Shown: one piece after another, positions 10,545 to 21,639 of the stretch
How the letters are laid out: each line of letters opens with the position of its first letter
How positions within the stretch are numbered: the first letter of the stretch is position 1
Origin: an uncultured Armatimonadia bacterium
Lineage (GTDB): Bacteria; Armatimonadota; Zipacnadia; CAVVLO01
Length of the DNA stretch: 64,000 nucleotides
NCBI GenBank assembly: GCA_963749155.1
Contig: CAVVLO010000002.1
Coordinates: forward strand, 1,376,001-1,440,000
Direction of reading: 5' to 3'
Notes under the pieces: model-generated
What the model was told of the DNA's origin: nothing
What the model saw: the letters and a program-made list of their open reading frames with translations, nothing else
Database searches by the model: none
Position numbers and translations under genes: made by a program

Positions 10545-12311
10545 GTGAACCGGATTACAGGCGGTATCGTAGCTTCACTGCTCGCAGTGGCCCTGCTACT
10601 TTCGATCGGGGCCGGGGCTGGCTGGGCGCAATTTGCCAACCAGCCAATCATAGCTCTGGAGGTAGCAGGCAATTCTCACGTGCCAAGTGACAACATCCTG
10701 GCTATCTCTGGGCTCAAGATTGGCGATCTGGCAACTGACCAGGCTCTGGGTCAGGCTGCCAAAAATATCGCCAATATGGGTTTCTTCGTTCCGCGTAGTG
10801 TCATACCCGGCCTGCTGCCCATCGAGGGCGGCGTAAAGGTCATCTTCAACGTGGTCGAGTACCCGGTAGTCAGCGCAATAAAGTTCATAGGTAATGCCCA
10901 CGTATCAGCGGCCGACCTCGAGTCTCAGATGGAGACCAAAATCGGTCAGGTGCTCAATGAGGCTGCTTTGCGCCAGGATCAGGACAATATCCAGGTCTTC
11001 TACCAGTCGAAGGGTTATATTGCGCTGATCACGGGCGCTCCCGTTGACCCCGAGACCGGCGTTATCACCATCGAACTGGTAGAAGTCAGCGTGCGCGAGA
11101 TCAAGATTGAGGGCAACCGAAGGACCAAATCCGATGTTGTCCTGCGCGAACTGACGACCAAACCTGGCCAGGTGCTCAACACCAAATCCGTTCAGGAAGA
11201 CCTGCGCACTCTGCGCAATCTGGACCTCTTCGAGGAAGTCTCGGCCAGGTATGACCCCATCCTGACCGAGGACGGCCTGGCTGATCCCGACCAGATAGGT
11301 TTTGTGGACTTCGTTGTGGTCGTGAAAGACAAGCGCACCGGCAACCTGGGCCTTGGAATTGGATACAGCCCGAGGGATGGCATCGTTGGCTTCGTCAGCG
11401 TCTCGGAGCAGAACCTGTGGGGCCGTGGTCAGCAAGGGAAAGTCTATGTCGAACAGGGCGGCCGGCAGAGCTATGACTTGTATTTCAAAGAGCCCTGGTT
11501 CGACAAGAACAAGACCAGCCTTTCGGTAAGCGTATATGACCGAGTCTCAGACCGGGACCTTTATTACACTGATGTAAGTGACGAACAGGAATCCTACGAA
11601 GAGCAGCGTCGCGGTTTCACCCTGGGCGCCACAAGGCCTGTAGGCAAGAATCGCAGTATGGGCCTTACCTATAAACTGGAAGAAGTCGAGCGCAGTGGCG
11701 ACATAATTGATGATGTATATCTCTTCGAGCCACTCGGCAAGACTTCGACAATCTCGATGTCGTATCTGGAAGACAGCCGGGACTTCTATGCCTGGCCGAC
11801 CAGCGGCTCCAGGCTGAGGATGGCCTGGGACCAGGGCCTCTCGTTTCTTGGCGGTGAGTACTCGTATGGTAAACTCACTTCCGAATACGCCAGGTATATC
11901 TGCCTGAGGCGCAAAGATACCGAAGCCGAATCTACAGTCCTGGCCTTGCGCGCGATGTACGGCACCTCAAGCGGCAATGTCCCAGTCTTCGAGTCCTTCA
12001 TCGTGGGCGGCGCCGATACCTTGCGCGGTTATAAAGAAGAGCGTTTTTGGGGCGAGCAGATGTTTCTTGCCACCGCGGAATATCGTTTCCCGATGGGCAA
12101 GGAACTCCAGGCTGTCGCCTTTGTGGATATCGGTGACGCCTGGGGCGGCGATTGGGCCGATCCGTATGCGGTGCCTGATGACAGTATGAACTTGCACGTT
12201 GGATATGGGGTCGGCATCCGCGTCAACACGCCGATTGGGCCTATCCGGATAGACTATGGCCTGGGCGAAGATGGCGCGCGCACCCATTTCAGCATCGGCC
12301 ACGCTTTCTAA
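10545..12311 (+). CDS. bamA: BamA/Omp85 outer-membrane assembly factor (three POTRA domains plus barrel)
   Basis: POTRA starts EVAGN, KFIGN, KIEGN; EQNLWGRGQ; GGADTLRGY; TPIGPIRIDYG; C-terminal Phe. Confidence 0.93.
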   Translation: MNRITGGIVASLLAVALLLSIGAGAGWAQFANQPIIALEVAGNSHVPSDNILAISGLKIGDLATDQALGQAAKNIANMGFFVPRSVIPGLLPIEGGVKVIFNVVEYPVVSAIKFIGNAHVSAADLESQMETKIGQVLNEAALRQDQDNIQVFYQSKGYIALITGAPVDPETGVITIELVEVSVREIKIEGNRRTKSDVVLRELTTKPGQVLNTKSVQEDLRTLRNLDLFEEVSARYDPILTEDGLADPDQIGFVDFVVVVKDKRTGNLGLGIGYSPRDGIVGFVSVSEQNLWGRGQQGKVYVEQGGRQSYDLYFKEPWFDKNKTSLSVSVYDRVSDRDLYYTDVSDEQESYEEQRRGFTLGATRPVGKNRSMGLTYKLEEVERSGDIIDDVYLFEPLGKTSTISMSYLEDSRDFYAWPTSGSRLRMAWDQGLSFLGGEYSYGKLTSEYARYICLRRKDTEAESTVLALRAMYGTSSGNVPVFESFIVGGADTLRGYKEERFWGEQMFLATAEYRFPMGKELQAVAFVDIGDAWGGDWADPYAVPDDSMNLHVGYGVGIRVNTPIGPIRIDYGLGEDGARTHFSIGHAF

Positions 12312-12340
12312 TTAGCAAAAGAAACGAGGAGACTGGACAA

Positions 12341-13069
12341 ATGAAGATCGAAATCAAAAGCTTTTCAATTCTGCTGATTACTCTGATACTCGGGCTGGGC
12401 CTGCTTACGACTGGCGCCTTCGCTCAGGGCGCTATTGGGGTAGTAGATACCCAGGCAGTCGAGAGTGGTTATGACAAGCTCAACGATCAGCTAATGGCGC
12501 TCCAGACCGAGGTTCAGGCCAAGCAGGCCGAGATGGAAGCGCTTGGCGGCTACCTGTTGCTTCCTGACGCCGAGTGGGCCGAGTTAAAAGCCTTGCTGAC
12601 CAAGCCCCTGGCCGAGCGCACCGAGGCGGAACTTGGCCGGATAGGCGCCCTGGCTCAGCAGATGAACACCATCCAGGGCGAATGGCGCCAGCTAACGGCC
12701 AAGCAGCCTGCCACCATGACGCCGGAAGAAAAGACCAACTTTGATGCCATCAATGCTCGTGGCAGCACCCGTTCAGCCGAGATGGGCCAGATGGAGACCA
12801 GTTACAATGCCATCTTCAAAGAACGCGCCCAGACTATCTTCACCAACGCTCGTACGCAGATTCTGGCTGCCGTGGCTCAGGTCGCCCAGCAGCAGCAGAT
12901 GAGCATAGTCGTAGAACGCGGCGCCGTGCTTTATGGTGGCACCGATATAACTGATCCAGTAATGAAGTTCATCAATGATGCCTATGCTCTTGAAAAGGCA
13001 GCTCCCCCTGCAGGCGCAACCACTGAGCCTGCGCCTGCGGATGGAGGGGCTGGTGGTGGGCAGGGTTAA
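12341..13069 (+). CDS. ompH: OmpH/Skp periplasmic chaperone
   Basis: Signal peptide, IGVVDTQAV, long helical region, VLYGGTDITDPV; follows bamA. Confidence 0.85.
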   Translation: MKIEIKSFSILLITLILGLGLLTTGAFAQGAIGVVDTQAVESGYDKLNDQLMALQTEVQAKQAEMEALGGYLLLPDAEWAELKALLTKPLAERTEAELGRIGALAQQMNTIQGEWRQLTAKQPATMTPEEKTNFDAINARGSTRSAEMGQMETSYNAIFKERAQTIFTNARTQILAAVAQVAQQQQMSIVVERGAVLYGGTDITDPVMKFINDAYALEKAAPPAGATTEPAPADGGAGGGQG

Positions 13070-14168
13070 TCTCTGTGCCCCAAAAGGCCGTTTCCAGGGG
13101 GCGGCGTGGCTTTGCGCCGCCCTCTTTCTTGTCTCGTGGTCGCTCTCAGGCTGCGGGGTAAAGCATCAGACACCGTATGCCAGGCCCGCCCCCGAAGCGG
13201 TTTGGGTTGATGTGGAGCGACTCACTCAGGAGCATCCCCTGCTTGCAGGATTTGCGCGCGCCGCTCCTGGCAAGCTTCGTGTCATTTTTCCGGCGAAGGC
13301 TTCAGTCGTCGAAAACACCCCTCTTGCCTATATGCCGGTGGCCACGAGGCCTGGTTCAGCCAGTTGTCCTACCTCTGAAAAGGCTCTGGCGGAGGCGCGC
13401 CAGCTTCACGCCCAGTTTGAATCGGCTATCGGCAACTGGCTGGTCACAGCCGAGCAGCTTATGAGTCGCGAGCTTGAAGAAGCCACTTATCCCTGGTTGA
13501 TTGACCTGGATTACCGCTCTGCGCTGGCCAGGCAGGAGCGCCTGCAAGAGTTGCTGGCGGAGAATCGCCTTCAGCTTGTCAGGCTTGCTCTCGAAGCTGA
13601 AGAAAGTAAAGTGGCCCTTGAGCGAGCTGAATATTGGCGCCAATATGACGAACTGCGCGAGAGCCTGATTGCCGAAGCCGATGAGGCTGCCACAAGGACT
13701 CGCACCGAGGCGGTCTTCAGTGCCCAGCTAATGGCCCAGGAAAGCGTGCGAGGTCTGCAGGAAGACTTTGAGATGCGCGAACTGGCTCTGGTCGACGAAG
13801 CCGATGCCTTAAAAGTACGCCTGAACAGGCTGGCTGAGGAATCCGGGCAGACTGTACAAAACCTTTGCGAAAGTTTTGAAACATATTCGCCCCCTTCGCG
13901 CGAAGGGGAGTCAAGGCGGATTTTTACGCAGGCGGCCCTTTCGGAAGGCCAGCCAGGCCAGGTGGCTTCTCCAGGAGCCGCGGTCAGAGCCCAGGCGGTT
14001 CGCGAGACGCGGCAAGCAATCGAACGATTGTGCCGTGCCACGGGCCGTACGTCGTATACTGATGCGCAAAGCCGTGCCAGCCTGCCTGATGTGACCGAGG
14101 AACTTCGGCCCTTGCTCAGGCGTTTCTGGGCTGGGGAGCTGGAGGTAGAGCGCCCCTCATCGGGGTGA
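13056..14168 (+). CDS. Putative lipoprotein with Skp/OmpH-like ends (start uncertain)
   Basis: Lipobox LSGC; VWVDVERLTQEHP and LPDVTEEL resemble OmpH terminal motifs; coiled-coil middle. Confidence 0.55.
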   Translation: MGRVNLCAPKGRFQGAAWLCAALFLVSWSLSGCGVKHQTPYARPAPEAVWVDVERLTQEHPLLAGFARAAPGKLRVIFPAKASVVENTPLAYMPVATRPGSASCPTSEKALAEARQLHAQFESAIGNWLVTAEQLMSRELEEATYPWLIDLDYRSALARQERLQELLAENRLQLVRLALEAEESKVALERAEYWRQYDELRESLIAEADEAATRTRTEAVFSAQLMAQESVRGLQEDFEMRELALVDEADALKVRLNRLAEESGQTVQNLCESFETYSPPSREGESRRIFTQAALSEGQPGQVASPGAAVRAQAVRETRQAIERLCRATGRTSYTDAQSRASLPDVTEELRPLLRRFWAGELEVERPSSG

Positions 14169-14187
14169 CTCCCAAGGCGGTGCCAGG

Positions 14188-15253
14188 ATGCCCGATATGA
14201 AGCTTTCAGAAATCGCAAATTTGGTCAGTGGCCAGGTTATTGGTGAAGACATCACCATAACCGGCGCTAGCGGCTTGCCCGAAGCCAAAGAAGGCGATAT
14301 CGCCTTTCTTGATCAATTTCGCTATCTGCCCGCTCTTGCAGAAAGCAAAGCTTCGGCAGTGATAGTCTCTCCCGAATTTGCTGACTCTGCCCTTGACCGC
14401 CCTGCAATCCTGTGCGAGGCGCCGCGTATTGCCTTTGCCAAGGTGCTGGCTACCTTCGCTCCTGTCTGGGAGCTGGACGAGGGCATCCACTCCACTGCGG
14501 TCGTTGATCCCTCCGCCGAACTGGGCGAGGAAACCCGTATCGGAGCCCTCTCCTATATCGGCAAGCGTGTGAAGATAGGCAAAGGCGCGCGGATTTATCC
14601 CCATGTCGTCATCGGCGATGATGTCGAGATCGGCGATGACGTCGAACTGTTCCCACTGGTCTGCATCTATCATGCCTGCAAACTCGGCAGTAAGGTCCGC
14701 ATCCACAGTGGTTCGGTCATCGGCAGTGACGGCTTCGGTTATGCGCAGGGGCCGACTGGCCTCGTCAAGATACCGCAGGTGGGTATCGTCGTAATTGAAG
14801 ACGAAGTCGAGATTGGCTCGAATACGTTCAGTCGACCGCGCCACCACTGGCGTGACGCTCATAAGCAAAGGCACCAAGCTGGACAACCTGGTCCAGGTCG
14901 CCCACAACGTCCGGATCGGTCGCAATTCCATCGTCTGTGGTCAGACTGGAATCGCGGGCAGCAGCCAGGTTGGTGAAGGAGTCATTCTCGCTGGTCAGGT
15001 CGGCGTCGGCGACCATCTTACCGTGGGCGATGGCTCTCAGGTCGGCGCGAAAGCCGCGGTGCTAAGCGATGTGCCCGCTGGCGCTTCTTACCACGGTTAT
15101 CCTGCCCGCCCCCATCGCGAACAACTGCGCATCTGGGGTAATGAGCCCAAGCTTGCACAACTCGTCAAGACAGTGCGCGAGCTGGAAAAGCGCCTGGCCG
15201 AACTCGAGGCCAGAGAGGACATACCGCAGTTTACGGAAAGAGAAAAGGCCTGA
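14188..15253 (+). CDS. lpxD: UDP-3-O-acylglucosamine N-acyltransferase, +1 frameshift near 14828
   Basis: Hexapeptide repeats, GSDGFGY, KIPQVG, DRATTG, TKLDNLVQVAHNV; two ORFs join into 355 codons. Confidence 0.92.
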
Positions 15254-15277
15254 TTTACCAAGTCATGCAAATTAGCT

Positions 15278-15312
15278 GACGCGTCCGGCCCTGGGCCGGG
15301 CGCGTTGTGTTT
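15278..15312 (+). terminator. Probable terminator after lpxD
   Basis: GACGCGTCCGGCC-ctg-GGCCGGGCGCGTT followed by GTGTTT. Confidence 0.55.
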
Positions 15313-15369
15313 AGGCAGTCTCTTCGGGTAAACTCTAGCGAGTCGCGGCAAGGCCGCACGGAAAGAGAG

Positions 15370-17193
15370 ATGCCAATGAGGTTCACTCGCCAATTGCTCG
15401 GGGCCCTCTTGCTGGCCTTGAGCCTGTCGCAACTGGCGCTTGCTTACAGCACCGTCGATTGCCAGGTAACGCCCACCCAGGTTGGGGGGAAAACCGCGGC
15501 TAGACTTGTCGGCGCTGCTGGCTCCACCTCACCTTTCACCTTGCTTACCCTGGTCAAGAGCGATTATGTGCCCGATCCCCTGGCTACCGCGCGCGAAGCC
15601 TGTACTCGCCTGAATGCCCGGCTTTGCAAAGCGCCGGCTGCCAAAACTCTGACGGTGCAGCTTGCTGGCGCCAGGTTGATTGTTGGAGAAGCTAGCGCGC
15701 CGCTTTTTTCCTTTGATGCAAAGCATGCTTACAAAACTGGCTCCACTCCAGAAGCGCTGGTCAAGCAGTGGAATGCCTCTTTCAAGAAGTTGTTTGCCTT
15801 GCCCAGGCTGGCTGCTGACAAAGATTCACTGCTCGTGCCCGTCGGTGAGAGCCGCGACTTGACCGTCCTTTGGACTGGGGCTTCCGCCTCTCCCCTTTCT
15901 CTTGAGGCCAACCAGCCTGGACTGGAGACGACAATCTCTGGTTCTACCGCCTGGATAAAGGCTAGCACCACTGGAGATTGGGAACTCGCCCTCGTAGCCG
16001 AAAGCAAGCGCCTGGTAATGCCAGTCGAGGGACGTTACTGGGCCGCGCAACTCGTCAGCGCGCCTCAGGCCAGAGTCACGAGTTATGACCTCGCTAGCGA
16101 TGTCCTCAGACTGGCAGGCATCAGTGCTTTGTGGGAGAAACTCGTCCGGCGACCTGAGGCGACTACCAGCCTTGGAGCGACCAGCTTGCGCTCCGGCTCA
16201 CTGATGATGAACGTGCAGACGGACATCACCGGCAGCAATCTGATTACTTTCAGCCGCGATGTGGAGATAACCTTTTCGCGTCAGCAAGCGCCCCTCTCAA
16301 CGCCGCCTGACCGCCTCTATATAAGCAACTCTCCCGAAAGCGTCTCGCAGCCTCAGGTGCTTTGCGCGGCGCTTCTGGAGCCCGGCTCCAACTCGCGTCT
16401 GCTGTATCATCATCGCTCTATCAGCAGCAAAACGCTCTATTTTGAGATGAGCCTTGAGAATCCAGGCTCTGAGCCAGTCAGTGTCTTCCTGAAATCGCGC
16501 GCAGCGGGTCCCAGCGAACACGAAGCCTTCGCCGGCCATGTGGCGGCTTCGGCTGCCCTGGCAGATGCCTTCCAGCAGCGCGGCGCCTTCATCACCATAC
16601 CGGCTGGTGGCGCTGTCAGCTTCGGCCGGATAAAGACAACCAAGGGGCTCACTTCAAGCGCTGTGGCCGAAGTCGCGGTACTCACTGGCGGGCCTCTTTA
16701 CTGGTTGACCTCCGCACTGGAGAGCGCCCCTGTGCCAAGTTGGCAACCGCGCGCCTCCAAACCACTGGCCACACTTGAACGCTGGAAGCTCGCGCCAAGT
16801 TACCCGGCTCTTCTCGAGACAACCTTCGAAGCTGATCTCAGCGGTAAATGGTTGTTCGTGCCGATTGGTGGCGCCAACGTAAAAGGCAGTGATGACAGCA
16901 CTCTCCTGATGGGTGATTATGGGGTGCTGCATCGCATCCAGATCACCCTTGCCAACTCGCTGCCGAAAGCTACCGAGGTCGAAGTGATGCACTACGCGGG
17001 GGCGGGTTATTGCACTGCAACTTACAGTCTGCAGGGAGTATTCGCCGAATTGCCAGGCTGCCAGGGCTCGACCCAGACCCCTGTCGCCCGGTTCACGATG
17101 CCTGCCAATTCATCGCGCCAGTTCACAATCTACACGATGCCGGAATCTGGCTCGCACTATCCGGCCACGCTTATCTTGCGTAAGGCGCAATAA
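15370..17193 (+). CDS. Exported hypothetical protein (SNSPE ... GDYGV motifs, possibly DUF3370-like)
   Basis: Signal peptide MRFTRQLLGALLLALSLSQLALA; LYISNSPE and GDYGVL motifs; about 607 aa. Confidence 0.6.
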   Translation: MPMRFTRQLLGALLLALSLSQLALAYSTVDCQVTPTQVGGKTAARLVGAAGSTSPFTLLTLVKSDYVPDPLATAREACTRLNARLCKAPAAKTLTVQLAGARLIVGEASAPLFSFDAKHAYKTGSTPEALVKQWNASFKKLFALPRLAADKDSLLVPVGESRDLTVLWTGASASPLSLEANQPGLETTISGSTAWIKASTTGDWELALVAESKRLVMPVEGRYWAAQLVSAPQARVTSYDLASDVLRLAGISALWEKLVRRPEATTSLGATSLRSGSLMMNVQTDITGSNLITFSRDVEITFSRQQAPLSTPPDRLYISNSPESVSQPQVLCAALLEPGSNSRLLYHHRSISSKTLYFEMSLENPGSEPVSVFLKSRAAGPSEHEAFAGHVAASAALADAFQQRGAFITIPAGGAVSFGRIKTTKGLTSSAVAEVAVLTGGPLYWLTSALESAPVPSWQPRASKPLATLERWKLAPSYPALLETTFEADLSGKWLFVPIGGANVKGSDDSTLLMGDYGVLHRIQITLANSLPKATEVEVMHYAGAGYCTATYSLQGVFAELPGCQGSTQTPVARFTMPANSSRQFTIYTMPESGSHYPATLILRKAQ

Positions 17194-17250
17194 GATTCCA
17201 GGCCCTTCGGCCCTCACCAGGCCTGAAGGGCTTCAAAAGGCCCACCTGCA

Positions 17251-18153
17251 ATGGAAGAGGCTCCAACTATCACGTCCTGGGAGCGCAGGTCGACCGACTG
17301 GCTAAGGCTCCACGGTCAGTTACTGGTTCTTGCCGCCCTCGGAGTCGCCCTCTACTGGCCAACTTGCGGCTATCTTCTTCACTACTGGCTAAGCAATGAC
17401 TATATGCAGTTCGGCTTGCTGATGCCTCCAGCCATCGCTTATCTTGTCTATTCGCTCTGGCAAGAGCACGGCAAGACTTTCACTCCCAATCCTGCCTCGC
17501 TTCGGCTTGGCGCAGGGCTACTCGGCTTCAGCCTCCTGGTCCATCTGGCTGCCTGGCGAGCCCAGTCGCCCGATATCTCGGCCTTCAGCCTTATCACCTT
17601 TGTCCTGGCGCTGATGGCGCTCTTCTGGGGTACTCTGGCAGCGCGCAAATCCGCCCCTTTGCTCGCGATGTTAATACTGGCCGTGCCCAATCCCACGTTA
17701 TTATTCGCCGAAGTGACGACCTGGCGCTGGCAAGTCTATTCCTCAACGCTGACGGCTATTATCGCCTCTATCCTGGGCTTGCCCCTGGAGAAAGAAGGCG
17801 TAAACCTGGCTATCCCGGGCCATTGCAGTATAACGGTCGCGGCGGTGTGCAGTGGCTGCAAGACTTTCCTTGGGCTTCTGGCTTTCGCCTTTATCTATAT
17901 TGGAGTCGTGCGCGCCGTCTGGTGGAAGAAAGGTCTGCTCGTGCTTGCCACGGTGCCCATCGCCATTGTCAGCAACGCCTTCAGGCTTGTTGCGATTTTG
18001 ATTGTGGGGCGCTTTTGGGGACAGGAAGCCGCGATGGCCTTCCACGATCATAGCGGGCTAGGCCTCAGTCTTACGGCCTTGATACTGCTGCTGCTGCTTG
18101 GGAGGTGGCTTGGATGCGGCCGCTCCGAACCGGCCCCTTCGCCCTCCTCCTAA
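17251..18153 (+). CDS. Exosortase/archaeosortase family protein (EpsH-like)
   Basis: Multi-TM protein with the catalytic-type residues in VAAVCSG (Cys), NAFRL (Arg) and FHD (His). Confidence 0.88.
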   Translation: MEEAPTITSWERRSTDWLRLHGQLLVLAALGVALYWPTCGYLLHYWLSNDYMQFGLLMPPAIAYLVYSLWQEHGKTFTPNPASLRLGAGLLGFSLLVHLAAWRAQSPDISAFSLITFVLALMALFWGTLAARKSAPLLAMLILAVPNPTLLFAEVTTWRWQVYSSTLTAIIASILGLPLEKEGVNLAIPGHCSITVAAVCSGCKTFLGLLAFAFIYIGVVRAVWWKKGLLVLATVPIAIVSNAFRLVAILIVGRFWGQEAAMAFHDHSGLGLSLTALILLLLLGRWLGCGRSEPAPSPSS

Positions 18154-18762
18154 CGCTGCTTGGACTGGCCTTGCTCATCCAGTATGCCTGGGCGCCAGCG
18201 CCTGAGGACCCAATGGCAGTCTATGAACGCGCCGTGGCCCGGATGGAGAAGGCTCTTCCGTTGAACTGTCGGTGACTGGGAGCGCAAGCCCAAGGCCCGC
18301 CAGGTGGTCGTCGCCCCCGGACGCGACGTCAATGCAACTTATTTTCGCGAAGATGGCTTCTGGGCTGACGTCATCCTCAGCACTCGCAGTGCCAAGCAGG
18401 AGTCTTGCTTTGTAAACGCCGGCACCCTCGTGCTACGCGGCCCCGAGTCCCTGGAGATCACCGCTCCCGATGGCGCCAGGCTGAAGGCGAAGCTCCTTAT
18501 TGTGCGGGCGCGCGCAGGAGGGGCGCCTGCCATCGTGGTATACACCTACCTGGACGCAAGCGGCGCCACCACGCGCATCTGGTGGTGGGCGTTGCTGCGC
18601 AAGAAGGCCGTCCAGATATACAAAGGCGAGGTGGAGAACGTCTTCTTGCGGGTAGCCAGTTATCCCACCAGGATCGAGCAAGGGATAGAACTGCCTCTTG
18701 AGGCGGCAAAAGAGTTGCTGGGGGCGCTTTCCGTCGAAATAAAGGCCGGATTGCGCGAATAA
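18114..18762 (+). CDS. EpsI-like exosortase-associated protein, +1 frameshift near 18264
   Basis: ATG at 18114 with GGAGG RBS; N-terminal TM; removing one A gives LPLTVGDW (EpsI-like) in frame with the 18304 ORF (NATY, SCF, VVYTY, FLRV). Confidence 0.65.
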
Positions 18763-18829
18763 AGGATCAGTTATAAAATAGAAAGGAGGGCGCAAGGGAA
18801 GTTTCCCATCGGAAAGTTCTCTGGTTCCC

Positions 18830-18858
18830 TTGACACTGCGGCTAGACGCTGGTAGTAT
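18830..18858 (+). promoter_or_regulatory. rRNA promoter (sigma70, extended -10)
   Basis: TTGACA-17 nt-TAGTAT preceded by TG-N, about 175 nt upstream of the 16S. Confidence 0.7.
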
Positions 18859-19032
18859 AGCCGTTGCCGAGGGGCAAGAGCTGGTTGACAAGGGAATAGG
18901 GAGAAGAACGCCAAGCTTGTGCAGGGCTTGAAAAAATAGCTTTGCCCGTCTGGGGCCCAAGGGCCCTGGACATCAGCAGGCAAACTCGAAAACAAAAGCA
19001 ACCCACTGGCCAGTGGCTGGTGGGTAAATATT

Positions 19033-20566
<1,534 letters not shown>

Positions 20567-20774
20567 AAGGAGCATTTTTGGCCGACTCAGTCGGTCGCTC
20601 CAGGTCGATCTACACAAGCAAGCGTTCTTTCAGGAAGCTAACACTTCCCTCCCAGAGAGTTCTCCCGATGCCCCAAGCCGGCCTCGGTGCTTACCCTCTT
20701 CCCTTGTCAACCACGCCCTCCGGTACGTCCCGTCCGGCCAGGCTGCACAGCCAGCGGCCGGATTTTCTGCGTAA

Positions 20775-20851
20775 GGGCGTGTAGCTCAGGCGGCTAGAGC
20801 GCGTCCCTGATAAGGACGAGGTCGGTGGTTCAAGTCCACCCACGCCCACCA
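20775..20851 (+). tRNA. tRNA-Ile (GAT)
   Basis: Acceptor stem GGGCGTG/CACGCCC, anticodon arm CGTCC-CTGATAA-GGACG, GTTCAAG T-loop, encoded CCA. Confidence 0.97.
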
Positions 20852-20991
20852 CTTTCCTTACCCCGCGCTCATTCATTTTGTCTTGCTTGCCTCATCAAAA
20901 GGTATCTTCGAGGCTCCGCCGGCTGGAAACCGGTCGACGCTTCGTGTAGAATAGCGGCGTTCCCGCGGAGATTTGAGTTGGAGGATAGCTG

Positions 20992-21564
20992 ATGAAAGTC
21001 ATAATGAAAGAGGACGTCGAGCGCGTAGGTTACGCCGGAGACGTGAAAGAAGTAGCCGACGGCTTCGCGCGCAACTTTTTGCTGCCGCGCGGGCTTGCCC
21101 TTAAAGCGACCCAGGGCGCCCTTAAAGACCTCGAATTGAGGAGAGGCGCTATCGAGCGCAAGCATGCCGACGCTGCCAAGCGCTTTGCTGCCGTGCTTAC
21201 CAAAATATCTGCCGAACCGCTGGTGCTTACTCATAAGACGGGCGAGGAAGGCAAACTCCATGGCGCGGTCACCACGACCGCCATCGCCGAAGCGCTGCAG
21301 GCCAAATATGGGGTCGAGATTGGCAAAGAAGTGCTCTCCCTGCCCGAGCCCATCAAGGCTGTCGGCAAATATGCCGTGCATGTAAAACTCCATCGCGATG
21401 TCACTGGCCAGGTTGAGGTGCATGTGCTGAGCGACCAGCCCGTCGTTAAAGCTCCTGCCGCGCCCGAGCCGGAAGTGGTCGAGGCTGCAGCTGCACCAGA
21501 AGTTTCTGAGGAAGTTCCAACCCCGGAGGAAGAAGGAGCCGGGGAAGCAACTGACGAAGAATAA
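20992..21564 (+). CDS. rplI: 50S ribosomal protein L9 with acidic Ala/Pro-rich tail
   Basis: MKVIMKEDV..G..GDVKEVADGFARNFLLPRGLA; GKLHGAVT; PIKAVGKYAV. Confidence 0.96.
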   Translation: MKVIMKEDVERVGYAGDVKEVADGFARNFLLPRGLALKATQGALKDLELRRGAIERKHADAAKRFAAVLTKISAEPLVLTHKTGEEGKLHGAVTTTAIAEALQAKYGVEIGKEVLSLPEPIKAVGKYAVHVKLHRDVTGQVEVHVLSDQPVVKAPAAPEPEVVEAAAAPEVSEEVPTPEEEGAGEATDEE

Positions 21565-21639
21565 CAGTGTATCCAGAGGGGCCCCAACCGGGGCCCCTTC
21601 GCAATTTATCACGACACCAGGCGCGCCGGGGTGGGCAGT

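Noticed and set aside
18885..18915. Second TTGACA as a tandem rRNA promoter
   Set aside because: No acceptable -10 at 16-18 nt spacing.
21576..21599. GC hairpin between rplI and dnaB as a terminator
   Set aside because: The stem is good but lacks a convincing U tract, and the downstream genes look co-transcribed; role unresolved.
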